The translations under genes and the position numbers were made by a program. DNA of 64,000 nucleotides from Vulcanimicrobiota bacterium (GTDB taxonomy: Bacteria; Vulcanimicrobiota; Vulcanimicrobiia; Vulcanimicrobiales; Vulcanimicrobiaceae): the NCBI GenBank assembly GCA_963756165.1, contig CAVWMO010000004.1, forward strand, positions 2,543 to 66,542, given 5' to 3'. How positions within the stretch are numbered: position 1 is the first letter of the stretch; every line of letters begins with the position of its first letter. Under the pieces are notes generated by a model. The model did not search any database. It was given only the letters and a program-made list of their open reading frames with translations, and was not told where the DNA came from. Shown here in pieces: positions 8,932 to 18,132 of this stretch.

Positions 8932-9170
8932 TTCTTGAAGTACTCTGCGTTAATCTCGGTGTAGTTTTGCCACTTCTCCGGCACGTCGGAATCGGCGAAG
9001 ATCGCCTCTACCGGGCAAGCTGAAACGCAGGCGCCGCAGTCGATGCAGACCTCCGGATCGATATACAGCATCTCATCTTCATCCTTGCCGTGTATGCAAT
9101 CGACCGGACACACGTCGACACACGACTTGTCTTTGGTTCCGATGCACGGCTCGGTGATGATGTAGGCCAT
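8928..9170 (-). CDS. Ferredoxin (small 4Fe-4S/3Fe-4S type, FdxA-like).
   Basis: 80 aa beginning MAYIITEPCIGTKDKSCVDVCPVDCIH and containing CIDCGACVSACPVEAI. Confidence 0.9.
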   Translation of the reverse strand: MAYIITEPCIGTKDKSCVDVCPVDCIHGKDEDEMLYIDPEVCIDCGACVSACPVEAIFADSDVPEKWQNYTEINAEYFKK

Positions 9171-9205
9171 AGCGTTTCAGCTTCCCCGAAGAGTAACCGT
9201 GCCCT

Positions 9206-9466
9206 TCAGACCGCCGGCCGCCCGCGTATCGCGCGCAGCAACCACAACAACACGATCGCGCCGATCAAAGCGCAGAGCATGCTTGGCAGATTGAACCCCG
9301 TAACGCCGACGTGGCCAATCAGTCCGTAGAGCCAGCCGCCGATCAGCGCGCCCACGATGCCGACGACGATGTCGGTAATGATGCCGCCGGGCGCTTCCCC
9401 GGGGACGATCCAGCGGGCGACCAGACCCACGATCAGGCCAAAAATGATCCAGGCAAGAATACCCAA
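9206..9466 (-). CDS. GlsB/YeaQ/YmgE-family (transglycosylase-associated) stress membrane protein.
   Basis: 86 aa, reading MGILAWIIFGLIVGLVARWIVPG..GIITDIVVGIVGALIGGWL. Confidence 0.85.
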   Translation of the reverse strand: MGILAWIIFGLIVGLVARWIVPGEAPGGIITDIVVGIVGALIGGWLYGLIGHVGVTGFNLPSMLCALIGAIVLLWLLRAIRGRPAV

Positions 9467-9535
9467 CGTCTTCCTCCTTCGGCTTGCTGCCTCCGCACAG
9501 GGAGTTAGCTCTCCCGCGGTGGACGATACGACATT

Positions 9536-10234
9536 ATGAAGCGTACTTTCCTCTGCCTCCTTGGCGCGTTTGCGCTCGCGACGGGCGGCGCCTTAGCCGA
9601 CCCAACGGGCACCGAGATCACCGCCGGCGGAACGGGCAGCGTTTCGATGCCGCCCGACGTTGCGACGGTTACCGCCGCCGTGGAGACGAGCTCCCAGAAC
9701 GCCGACGAGGCGATCTCGCAAAACAATGCGTCGTACAACCGCGTCGTCGCCGCACTCGAGAAGTCCGGCGTAACGCGCGACGACATCGCGCTGGTGTACT
9801 ACAACGTCAGCTATAATCAGCCGCCGCAAGTGACGCCGCCGAATCCAACCGGCGAACGTTACGGATACACCGTCTCGCGCAACTTTTCCGTAAAAGTGCG
9901 GCAAATCGGCAACGCCGGGCGCGTCAGCGACGCGTGCATGAGCTCCGGGGCCACGGCGATCAACGGGGTGAGCTTCGGGCTATCGAATCCCGCCGTCGCT
10001 CGCGAGCGCGCGACGGCGAACGCGGTCGCGGCGGCGCGTGCGAACGCCGAGGCGATCGCGCGGGCGGCCGCCCTGAGAATCATCGGGATCAAAAGCATCG
10101 AACTAACCGGCGAGCCCTCGGGCCCGGTGCCGCTCATGCGCGCCGCCGCGATGCCGTCGGCGCCGACGCAGTTCGACCAGTCCAACGTGAACGTCACGGT
10201 ATCGGTGAGCGTCGTGTTCGTCGCCGAACCGTGA
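9536..10234 (+). CDS. SIMPL-domain (DUF541) periplasmic protein.
   Basis: 232 aa with a signal peptide (MKRTFLCLLGAFALATGGALA), ..GTGSVSMPPDVATVTAAVET.. and a C-terminal ..NVNVTVSVSVVF. Confidence 0.8.
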   Translation: MKRTFLCLLGAFALATGGALADPTGTEITAGGTGSVSMPPDVATVTAAVETSSQNADEAISQNNASYNRVVAALEKSGVTRDDIALVYYNVSYNQPPQVTPPNPTGERYGYTVSRNFSVKVRQIGNAGRVSDACMSSGATAINGVSFGLSNPAVARERATANAVAAARANAEAIARAAALRIIGIKSIELTGEPSGPVPLMRAAAMPSAPTQFDQSNVNVTVSVSVVFVAEP

Positions 10235-10278
10235 CGAAGCGGCGAAACCTCCCGCGGCCGAGCCTGGTAACATAGGCG

Positions 10279-12210
10279 ATGACGTTTGAGTGTGAAACCT
10301 GCGCCGCTCGCCCGGCCGTCACGTCGTACGGCGGACGCCGCGTGTGCAACCGCTGCGCGCAAAAACGCGCGGCGACCAGCGCGCTGCCCTTCGTCGGAGC
10401 CGCGCTGGCCGCGGCCGGCCTGATCGCGGGCAGCGCCATACTCGCCGAAAAAATGCAGGGCGGCGGAGCCGCCTCGCCGCTGGACGAGCTCGGCAAGCGC
10501 TTTCGCGGCGGCACGCCGACGCTGGGCGCCTATTCTCGCGATCTGACCGAGCTCGCGCGCAACGGCAAGCTCGATCCGGTCATCGGGCGCGATCGCGAAA
10601 TCGACCGCGTCGTTTCGATTCTCGCTCGGCGCAGCAAAAACAATCCATGTCTGGTCGGCGAGCCCGGCGTCGGCAAGACGGCCATCGTCGAAGGTCTCGC
10701 CGCACGCATCGTCGCCGGCAACGCGCCGGAGTCGCTGCGCGGGAAGCGCGTCCTAGCGCTATCTCTGGGCCCGCTGGTCGCCGGCACGAAATACCGCGGC
10801 GAATTCGAGGGCCGCGTCAAGCGCATTCTCGACGAGGTCAAGCGCAGCGCACGCGACGTCGTGCTCTTCATCGACGAGCTGCACACGCTCGTCGGAGCCG
10901 GCGCCGCGGAGGGCGCGCCGCTCGACCTGAGCACGATGATCAAGCCGGAGCTGGCGCGCGGCGACCTGCAGTGCATCGGCGCTACGACGTTCGACGAGTA
11001 CCGCAAGTACGTCGAATCCGATGCCGCGCTCGAGCGCCGGTTCCAGCCCGTCATGGTCGAAGAGCCGAGCATCGACGAGACGATCCGGATCCTCGGCGGT
11101 TTATGCGAGCGCTACGCGCGTCATCACAACGTCGTCATCGGCGAAGACGCGATCGAGGCGGCGGCGCACCTCTCGGCCCGCTTCATCGCCGATCGCTTCT
11201 TGCCGGACAAGGCGATCGACCTCGTCGACGAGGCCGCCGCTTCCGTCGCGCTGGCGAACAAAGGGGCGGTCGAACGGCCACTCGTCGGTCGCGAAGACGT
11301 CGCGGCGGTCGTAACGCGCTGGACCGGCATTCCGCAGGATTCGCTCACGGAATCGCAGGCCGCTCGGCTCCTCGATCTCGAGCGCCTGCTCTCCAAGCGC
11401 GTCATCGGTCAAGACCACGCCATCGCCGCGGTGTCGGACGCGATCCGGCGCGCGCGCACGGGCTTGCACGACCCGCGCAAACCGCTGGGCACGTTCCTCT
11501 TCCGTGGCCCGAGCGGCGTAGGCAAGACGGAGCTCGCCAAGACGCTGGCCGAGGCGTTGTTTGGGAGCGAGGCAGCTCTAGTGCGCATCGACCTGGCCGA
11601 GTTCACGGAGCCGCACACGCTGTCGCGACTGCTCGGTGCGCCGCCCGGTTACGCCGGCCACGACGAGCCGGGACAGCTCACCGAGCCGGTTCGGCGGCGG
11701 CCGTACTGCGTCGTGCTGTTCGATGAGCTCGAGAAGGCCCACCCGGACGTCGCATCGATCCTGTTACAAATCCTCGACGACGGGCGCGTCACCGATTCCA
11801 AGGGGCGCACGATCGACTTCCGCCACACGCTCATCATTCTGACGACCAACCTGCAGGACGACGACCTCGCCCTGGCGTTGCGTTCGGAGCTGCTCGACCG
11901 AATCGACGAGATCGTGCCGTTCGAAGAGTTGGGGCTGCCGCAGATCGAGGCTATCGTTACGATTCACGTCGACGCCCTGGCGAAGCGACTCGGCGCGCGC
12001 AACGTCGCGCTCAACCTTTCCGACGAGGCGAAGCTCTACCTCGCTAAGGTATCGATGGGCGCCGGAAGCGGGGCCCGCTACGTGCAGCGCACCGTCTCAC
12101 ATTACGTCTCGACGCCCCTCTCGACGGCGCTGCTCCGCGGCGAGCTGCGCGAAGGCTCGGCAGCCGACGTCACGCTCGAAGGCGACGCCCTGCGCGTCCG
12201 CGCGGCTTAG
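10279..12210 (+). CDS. Atypical two-ring Clp/Hsp100-family AAA+ ATPase. The N-terminus is a zinc ribbon plus hydrophobic helix in place of Clp_N. There is no M-domain and no ClpP-docking loop.
   Basis: 643 aa. N-terminus: CETC..x14..CNRC, then [21 protein letters not shown]1: [34 protein letters not shown]2: [34 protein letters not shown]1 and D2 are joined by a short linker, and no IGF/IGL tripeptide follows ILTTN. Confidence 0.85.
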   Translation: MTFECETCAARPAVTSYGGRRVCNRCAQKRAATSALPFVGAALAAAGLIAGSAILAEKMQGGGAASPLDELGKRFRGGTPTLGAYSRDLTELARNGKLDPVIGRDREIDRVVSILARRSKNNPCLVGEPGVGKTAIVEGLAARIVAGNAPESLRGKRVLALSLGPLVAGTKYRGEFEGRVKRILDEVKRSARDVVLFIDELHTLVGAGAAEGAPLDLSTMIKPELARGDLQCIGATTFDEYRKYVESDAALERRFQPVMVEEPSIDETIRILGGLCERYARHHNVVIGEDAIEAAAHLSARFIADRFLPDKAIDLVDEAAASVALANKGAVERPLVGREDVAAVVTRWTGIPQDSLTESQAARLLDLERLLSKRVIGQDHAIAAVSDAIRRARTGLHDPRKPLGTFLFRGPSGVGKTELAKTLAEALFGSEAALVRIDLAEFTEPHTLSRLLGAPPGYAGHDEPGQLTEPVRRRPYCVVLFDELEKAHPDVASILLQILDDGRVTDSKGRTIDFRHTLIILTTNLQDDDLALALRSELLDRIDEIVPFEELGLPQIEAIVTIHVDALAKRLGARNVALNLSDEAKLYLAKVSMGAGSGARYVQRTVSHYVSTPLSTALLRGELREGSAADVTLEGDALRVRAA

Positions 12211-12223
12211 GGAACTTGGGAAC

Positions 12224-14050
12224 CTAGGGCACGAGTGCGGTAGCGGCGTTGGTTGCCGGCGCGAGCGCCAGCGCGAGCGGCGCGCTGATTCCGGTGGCGA
12301 CGGTCGTCCACGACGCACCCGCGTAGGGGGGAGGATACTCGGTCACCGTGTTGTTCCCGTAATTGGCGACATAGAGATTGCCGAGCATGTCGATCGCGAG
12401 CGCGATCGGCTCGCTCTGGCCGCCGACGATCGTCGCCGGCGAGCTCGTGTACGGCGCGACGTATTCGGTCACGGTGTTCGCACCCTGATTCGGCACGAAG
12501 AGGTTCGCCGACGCGCTCAGGCCGATCGTGCCCTGTTCGTTGACGCCGTTGCTGATTGTAGCGATTGGCTCGCTCGAGCTCGAGAACGGCGGCGAGTACT
12601 CCACGACGGAGTTCGGCGTCGAATTAAGGTTCGCCACGAAGAGATTACCGCGCGAGTCGAGCGCGAGCGAATTCGGAGTGCTGAGCCCTTTCGAAATGAT
12701 CGTCGGAGCACCACCGTAGGGCGGCGCGTACTCGCAGACGGTGTTTGCGGCGGAGTTGAGCACGAAGAGGTTGCCGCTCGCGTCGAGCGCAAGGCTCACG
12801 GGGTCGTCCACGTTCGCGCTGATGACCTGCGACGGACCGCCAACGTAGGGCGACGAGTACATCGTCACCGTATTGCTGCCGTTTCCGTTGGCCACGAAGA
12901 GGTCTCCGCGACCATCGACGGCGAGAGCCTGGGGATGATTCACGCCGTTCGCGATCGTGGCCGGTGCTTGATTATAAGGCGGCGGGTATTCGGTGATGCT
13001 GCCGGGCTGATCGGCGACGAATAGGTTGCCGGCCGGATCGAAGATCAGCGCCTGCGGATTGCTCACGCCGCTCGCGATCGTCGCGAGGGGCGTAGTTTGG
13101 CCGTAGGCGTAGAGCGTGACGGTGTTGACGTTGGAGTTCGCAACGCCCAGCAGCTGGCGGACGTCGACGCGCGCCGTGCCGCTGCAAACCGCGCCCGGTT
13201 GCGCGCAGAGGTTGGGTAGCCCCTGATAGGCGGCGGTAGCGCGCAAGATGCTCGAGCTCGCATTGATCGACGCCGGACCCGAGACGTAGAATTCGTTCGG
13301 CGCAAGTGCACCCGCCTGAGCGACGGCAAGCGGGAGCGAGCCGCCCGCCTGACTGAGCGAGAAGCTCGCGCCGGAGGTTCCAACGATGACGTTTTGATCG
13401 TCGTCGAGCATCTCGACGAGCAGTGCATGCTTGCCGGCTCCGTAGAGATCGATCCCGCCCTGCGCGTTTACGGCGCTCGTTGACGAGGCTGGAACGATCT
13501 GCAGCTGCGCGGGCACGCCGCTCAGCGTGAGGTTGAGCGAGTTGGTCGCGCTCGTCGCGACGTTGAACGCCACCGCGGCGCCGCCGATCGTTCCCGTGTA
13601 GATTCCCGCGGGGAGCGTCAGCGCGAGCTGGCAGCTCGTGCCCCCGGGCGCCGGCGAACATCCAGTCGCATTGGGCCCGACGGTCACGTTCTGCGTAATG
13701 CTGGTCGGGCCGATCACGTTGATCGCAAGCACCTGCGTTCCGTTGCCGGCGACGGCGAGGCCGGCGGTTACGGGCGGCGGTGCGGTCGTGACCGGAACCG
13801 CACCGCCCAAGGGCTGAGGCGCAACCGGCGACGGCAGAGCCGGCAGCGAGGGAACCTTGGAGAGCGCCGGATTCGTCTGACTCGCTGCCGGCACGAAGAT
13901 GCGCACGACGGTGTTCCCCGACCCGCCCGCGCCGAGGGCTGCGCCCGCGGGCATGAGCGCGCCGCCCTGACCGCCGCCGGCGCAGCCTACAGCGCAGGCC
14001 GCCGCGGTCAGAGCCGCGGCGACACGCAACGCAACCGTTTTGCCAACCAC
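12224..14050 (-). CDS. NHL-repeat (six-bladed beta-propeller) lipoprotein with an N-terminal Ig-like region.
   Basis: Lipobox AVGC. Six repeats of about 45 aa follow the pattern ..P.ALA.D..GNLFVAN...NTVTEY..PY... Confidence 0.7.
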   Translation of the reverse strand: MVGKTVALRVAAALTAAACAVGCAGGGQGGALMPAGAALGAGGSGNTVVRIFVPAASQTNPALSKVPSLPALPSPVAPQPLGGAVPVTTAPPPVTAGLAVAGNGTQVLAINVIGPTSITQNVTVGPNATGCSPAPGGTSCQLALTLPAGIYTGTIGGAAVAFNVATSATNSLNLTLSGVPAQLQIVPASSTSAVNAQGGIDLYGAGKHALLVEMLDDDQNVIVGTSGASFSLSQAGGSLPLAVAQAGALAPNEFYVSGPASINASSSILRATAAYQGLPNLCAQPGAVCSGTARVDVRQLLGVANSNVNTVTLYAYGQTTPLATIASGVSNPQALIFDPAGNLFVADQPGSITEYPPPYNQAPATIANGVNHPQALAVDGRGDLFVANGNGSNTVTMYSSPYVGGPSQVISANVDDPVSLALDASGNLFVLNSAANTVCEYAPPYGGAPTIISKGLSTPNSLALDSRGNLFVANLNSTPNSVVEYSPPFSSSSEPIATISNGVNEQGTIGLSASANLFVPNQGANTVTEYVAPYTSSPATIVGGQSEPIALAIDMLGNLYVANYGNNTVTEYPPPYAGASWTTVATGISAPLALALAPATNAATALVP

Positions 14051-14054
14051 GACG

Positions 14055-14573
14055 CTACCGCAAGAGACGCTCGACGTTACTGCGCATGTCGAACGGTGAG
14101 AGCTCGCCGACGACGATCTTGCGAATGACTCCGCCGCGATCGATGAACACGTGCACCGGCAACCCGTTGACGTTGTATTGGTCGCGCAGCGTTCCCGCGT
14201 CGATCACGACGGGATAGCTGAGATGGTGCTCGTTGCGGAACAGCGACGCCTTGCGCGCGTTCTCGAGGACGTCTACGCCGACGACCTGCAAACCGCGCGC
14301 GCCGTATTCGTGCTGCAGCGCGTCGAGCGCCGGAGCCTCTTGGTTACACGGCGGACACCACGTCGCGAAGAAGTTGAGGTAGATCGCCTTCCCATGTAGC
14401 GAAGCAAGCGTGAGCGATGGTCCGGGAAGGCTCGGCTCGCTCCAACTCGGCGCGGCGCGTCCGACTCGAGCCGGGCCGGACGAGTCCGCCGGCGACGCGG
14501 TGCTTCCGCCGCGACCGCAGCCGGCAGCGGCGAGCGAGGCAAGCGTGGCCACGGCCACGACCCATTTACCCAT
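14055..14573 (-). CDS. TlpA/ResA-like thiol-disulfide oxidoreductase lipoprotein.
   Basis: Lipobox AAAGC and thioredoxin motif FFATWCPPCNQE. The start overlaps the ribF stop. Confidence 0.85.
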   Translation of the reverse strand: MGKWVVAVATLASLAAAGCGRGGSTASPADSSGPARVGRAAPSWSEPSLPGPSLTLASLHGKAIYLNFFATWCPPCNQEAPALDALQHEYGARGLQVVGVDVLENARKASLFRNEHHLSYPVVIDAGTLRDQYNVNGLPVHVFIDRGGVIRKIVVGELSPFDMRSNVERLLR

Positions 14574-15481
14574 AGCTGGGATAACCGATCGCGCGCCGGT
14601 CCTGTAACATTTGCTCGACGAGTTCGCCGACGCCGGCGAAAAGCCGCTGCTCGCGCACGTAGCGCAGGTCGCGCAACGCGAGCTCGCGCCCGTAGATCGT
14701 GTGCTGGAAGTCGCGCAGCCACGCCTCGACCGTGCGCGCCGTCCCGCCGAACTGCGGGTTCGTCCCGATCGAGACGAGCGCCGCGTAGTCGCGGCCGTCG
14801 TAGCGTGCCACGGCGGAGTACACGCCGTCTTTCGGCAAGAGCTTGTTCGGAACGCGAACGTTCGCGGTGGGAAATCCCAGCGCGTGGCCGCGACCGGCTC
14901 CGACTTCGACGACGCCGCGGATCTCGTACCCGGTGCTGCCCAAGAGACGATCGGCCTGCGCCACGCTCGCCGTCTGCGATCAGCGCCCGAATGCGCGTGC
15001 TCGAGATCCGTTCGCCGCCGTCGGCGACGTGCGCGACCGGTACGAACCCAACGCCGCGCTGCCTAAGATATTCCGCCATCATCGCAACGTCGCCGCTGCG
15101 CTTGTGACCGAATCGAAACGTCGACCCGACGACGACGCCGCCCACGCCGAGCCGCTCGACGAGCAAATCGAGAAACGCCTCGGGTTGCAGCGTCGCGATG
15201 CGATCGTCGAACGTCGCGAAGAAACACTCCTCGAAGCCAGCAGATGCCAGGAGGCCGAGACGCTCTTCCGTCGTGGAGATCAGTGGCGGCTCCGTGCCCG
15301 GCCGCAGATGCGTCGCCGGATGATTCGAGAAGGTCAACGCTCCGGAGCGCCAACTCGGACGGCGCAGGCGCAGCGTCTGGCGCGCGATCTCGCGGTGGCC
15401 GCGATGAAACCCGTCGAAGAATCCGATCGCGAGGGCAAGCGGGCGCACCGTGTTGCGCGCCAGCTCGTGACTGACTTTCAA
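14566..15481 (-). CDS. ribF: Bifunctional riboflavin kinase / FMN adenylyltransferase RibF, with a frame change at the domain junction.
   Basis: The N-terminal module in ORF 14273..15481 reads LAIGFFDGFHRGHREI..STRIRALIADGE. The kinase module in ORF 14566..14964 reads (V)AQADRLLGSTGYEIRGVVE..GFPTANV..EAWLRDF. An extra base lies in GAC GGC GAG c GTG at about 14965. Confidence 0.8.
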
Positions 15482-16398
15482 ACGAAAACCTTGCGTGGCG
15501 CGAGCAGCGTCCCGAGCGCCTCGCCAACGCCGACCAACGCCCGCGACTCGTCGCGGACGAACACGTGCCTTCCGGTCGCGCCCTCGGGCAGCGGAACGAC
15601 GCGTCCAGCGCGAAAATCCGCCGATCCGCGCAAATCCAGGACGATCGTCGGAAACGGGATGATGTGCTCCGGTGCGATCAGTGCGTCCTTCGGCGCGCGA
15701 GCGATCTCGTCGAGCGTGCGCGCCTCATAGAGGACGAACGGCCCGGACGCCTCGCGCACGAGCGCGCCCATGTGACCAGGAACGCCGAGCGCGGTTCCGA
15801 GATCGTGGCACAACGTCCGCACGTAGGTGCCCTCGCTGCACGCCACGCGTAGCCTCGCGACGCCATGCCCCGAGCCCGTCGAAGGATCCGTTCCGAGCAT
15901 CGTCAGCCCGTAGATCGTGACGGCGCGCGGCCGCCGCTCGACGCTCTTACCTTCCCGAGCGAGCTCGTACAGCCGGCGTCCCTGATGGCGCGCGGCCGAG
16001 TACATCGGCGCGGTCTGCATGATTCGCCCCGCGAATTGCGGCAGCAGCGCCTCGAGCCGTTGCGGCCAATCCTCGGGAGGAGCCGCGGTCTCGATTGTCT
16101 CGCCGTGCGCGTCTTGCGTCGTCGTCGAGCGGCCGAGCGCGAGCGTGCAGACGTAGGCCTTGCGCTGGTCGGCGAGCAGAGGGATCAGTCGCGTCGCCTT
16201 GCCGATCGCCACCGGCAGAACCCCAGCGGCCTGCGGATCGAGCGTGCCCAGATGCCCGGCGGCGAGCTTACGATCGCCGGCGTAGAGCGCATAGATTCGG
16301 CGCACTCGCGATACCGATTGCGCCGAGCTCGGGCCGGCAGGCTTGAACAGATTGACGAAACCGATCAAAAGCCGGCCCCCAGAAAGACCGCTACAAAC
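15478..16398 (-). CDS. truB: tRNA pseudouridine(55) synthase TruB.
   Basis: Reads GFVNLFKPAGPSS..GHLGTLDPQAAGVLPVAIGKATRL. The start is probably the GTG at 16398; the ORF track extends to 16437. Confidence 0.9.
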   Translation of the reverse strand, partial: VCSGLSGGRLLIGFVNLFKPAGPSSAQSVSRVRRIYALYAGDRKLAAGHLGTLDPQAAGVLPVAIGKATRLIPLLADQRKAYVCTLALGRSTTTQDAHGETIETAAPPEDWPQRLEALLPQFAGRIMQTAPMYSAARHQGRRLYELAREGKSVERRPRAVTIYGLTMLGTDPSTGSGHGVARLRVACSEGTYVRTLCHDLGTALGVPGHMGALVREASGPFVLYEARTLDEIARAPKDALIAPEHIIPFPTIVLDLRGSADFRAGRVVPLPEGATGRHVFVRDESRALVGVGEALGTLLAPRKVFV

Positions 16399-17371
16399 CT
16401 TCGGCGACGAGCGCCGCTTCGACGGCGGAAAACGCATCCGGCAGCGAACCGTGATACGTCAATCCGGAGGCCCGGAAATGGCCACCGCCACCGAGTCGTC
16501 CAGCCGCCGCCTGAACGTTGATGCGCCCGCCCGAGCGCAAGCTCACGCGAATCTCGCCCTCGATCGCCTTGAACAAGGCCGCGACGTCGACTCCCTCCTG
16601 GCCCAGCAGCGTGTTGACGACGTCCTCTGTGTCTTCGCCGTCGGCTCCCGTTTCCGCGAGCATCGCATCGTCCACGTGCGAGTAGCAGTAGCGGCCATCG
16701 TGCTCGAACCGCATCTTCTCGACGATGCGGCTCAGGAGCTTCGTCGCCGCGACGCGCTTGCGCAAGAATATCTCTTCGGTGATGCGCTCCTTGTCGGCGC
16801 CCAACCGCATCAGCTCGGCCGAGAGCTCCAGCGCCTCCGGCGTCGTGTTCGAGTGCATGAAGCCGCCGGTGTCGGTCATTATCGTCGCCAGAATGCATGT
16901 CGCGATCCGGGAGTCGAGCGGCACACCGAGTCCACGCAGGATGTGCATCACGACGGTGCCGGTCGAGCACTCGTGTTCGAGAACGAAGTTGAGTTTGCCG
17001 AAGAGCGAGTTGCCGAGATGATGATCGATGTCGAGCATATTTGCGCGATCGACCGGCGGCAGAAACTCACCGGCGCGGCGCCAGTCGCTCATGTCGCAGA
17101 ACACGAACAACGTGTCCTGGGGCAAATCCGCCGGCAGCTCCCGCGACACGAGCTCTGCGTCCGGCAAGAAACGCAGGTTGCGCGGCACGCCGTCCTGCTG
17201 GAAGTAGGCGACCCGCTTTCCAAGACGCTTCAGCGCAAGCCCCAGCGCCAGCCCCGCCCCGAGCGTGTCGCCGTCGGGTTTCACGTGGCTTACCATGACG
17301 AACGAGCTGCGCCGGCGCAGCTCCTCGACGACCTCTTGCGTCGACGCGATCCCGGGGCTGCTTTCGATCAT
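16391..17371 (-). CDS. nrnA: DHH/DHHA1 phosphoesterase (NrnA-like oligoribonuclease/pAp phosphatase).
   Basis: This is the C-terminal 326 aa of the 659-aa ORF: MIESSPG..VSHVKPDGDTLG..DIDHHLGN..GGGGHFRASG. The ATG at 17371 overlaps the rbfA stop (ATGA). Confidence 0.8.
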   Translation of the reverse strand: MIESSPGIASTQEVVEELRRRSSFVMVSHVKPDGDTLGAGLALGLALKRLGKRVAYFQQDGVPRNLRFLPDAELVSRELPADLPQDTLFVFCDMSDWRRAGEFLPPVDRANMLDIDHHLGNSLFGKLNFVLEHECSTGTVVMHILRGLGVPLDSRIATCILATIMTDTGGFMHSNTTPEALELSAELMRLGADKERITEEIFLRKRVAATKLLSRIVEKMRFEHDGRYCYSHVDDAMLAETGADGEDTEDVVNTLLGQEGVDVAALFKAIEGEIRVSLRSGGRINVQAAAGRLGGGGHFRASGLTYHGSLPDAFSAVEAALVAEGL

Positions 17372-17733
17372 TCGCCCTCTTCCGCCGCGGAGTGCGCCGC
17401 CGCCTCGCGAAGCGTCTTCGCGAGCTCGATGGCACGTTCGGCGGAGCGATCCTCGATAAACACGAGTTCGGGGGTGTGGCGCAAGTCGATCTTGCGCCCC
17501 AGCTCGCCGCGCAGAAATCGACCCGCGTGGCTGAGCGCGTCCAGCGACTGACGCGCCTGATGGCGGTCGCCGATCACGGACACGAACACCTTGCAGTGCC
17601 GCAGATCGTCGCTCACCTCGGCGTGCGTCACCGTGACGAACGCGAGCCTCGGATCTTGCAGCTCCTGCGAGATCAGCGTTCCGAGGATGCGCTGGATCTC
17701 GTGATCGATCTTCGCCAAGCGCTGAACTTTCAT
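17368..17733 (-). CDS. rbfA: Ribosome-binding factor A.
   Basis: Reads MKVQRLAKIDHEIQRILGTLISQELQDPRLAFVTVTHAEVSDDLRHCKVFVSV... A GGAG lies 7 nt upstream of the ATG at 17733. Confidence 0.9.
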   Translation of the reverse strand: MKVQRLAKIDHEIQRILGTLISQELQDPRLAFVTVTHAEVSDDLRHCKVFVSVIGDRHQARQSLDALSHAGRFLRGELGRKIDLRHTPELVFIEDRSAERAIELAKTLREAAAHSAAEEGE

Positions 17734-17751
17734 GCTGCCACTCCAATTGCT

Positions 17752-17909
17752 GGAAGCCGAACCTGCTGCCCGCGAAACCGCTCGTCGTCGCACCTCCTGT
17801 GCTCCTCCTGCTGCGGCGCTCGCGCGGGCGAGCAAGCTCGGAACGAAGTGCGCATCCTGCGCTGGCCCGCGCTCGTCGCAGCTTCCGCTCTGCAGCAGGT
17901 TCGGCTTCC
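17752..17909 (-). other. Perfect 18-bp inverted repeat with a 122-nt spacer in the infB-rbfA spacer. It could form a long-range RNA stem enclosing smaller hairpins.
   Basis: GGAAGCCGAACCTGCTGC at 17752-17769 is the exact reverse complement of 17892-17909. Internal hairpins are GCTCGC-gcgg-GCGAGC (about 17818-17833) and GCGCA-tcc-TGCGC (about 17849-17861). The 3' arm ends about 8 nt before the rbfA Shine-Dalgarno sequence (GGAG, 17743-17740). Confidence 0.6.
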
Positions 17910-18132
17910 TTCGCAATCTCAAGCGAGTGCGCGATCGGAGCCCGAGCGCGGCGACGTGTCGCGCAGGCGGCGTGTAAATGCGCCGCGGAGCCATGGAGGG
18001 CGGGAGCGGCGCATGAGCCGAGCGACGCCGAGCGCCGGATGCGCGAGGCTAGCGTCCGCCGGCGCGATATGTCGCCGTCGAGGGCGCAGATCGCGCGACG
18101 AGCGCGCAGCAGGTCCGGTTTCACTTGTATGC

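Noticed and set aside
17734-18132. A possible intact DUF503/YlxP gene in the infB-rbfA gap.
   Set aside because: I translated all three minus-strand frames. Only a weak ..AHSLEIAKE.. resemblance appears, with no continuous DUF503-like sequence, so it is kept as a hypothesis in the findings rather than called as a CDS.
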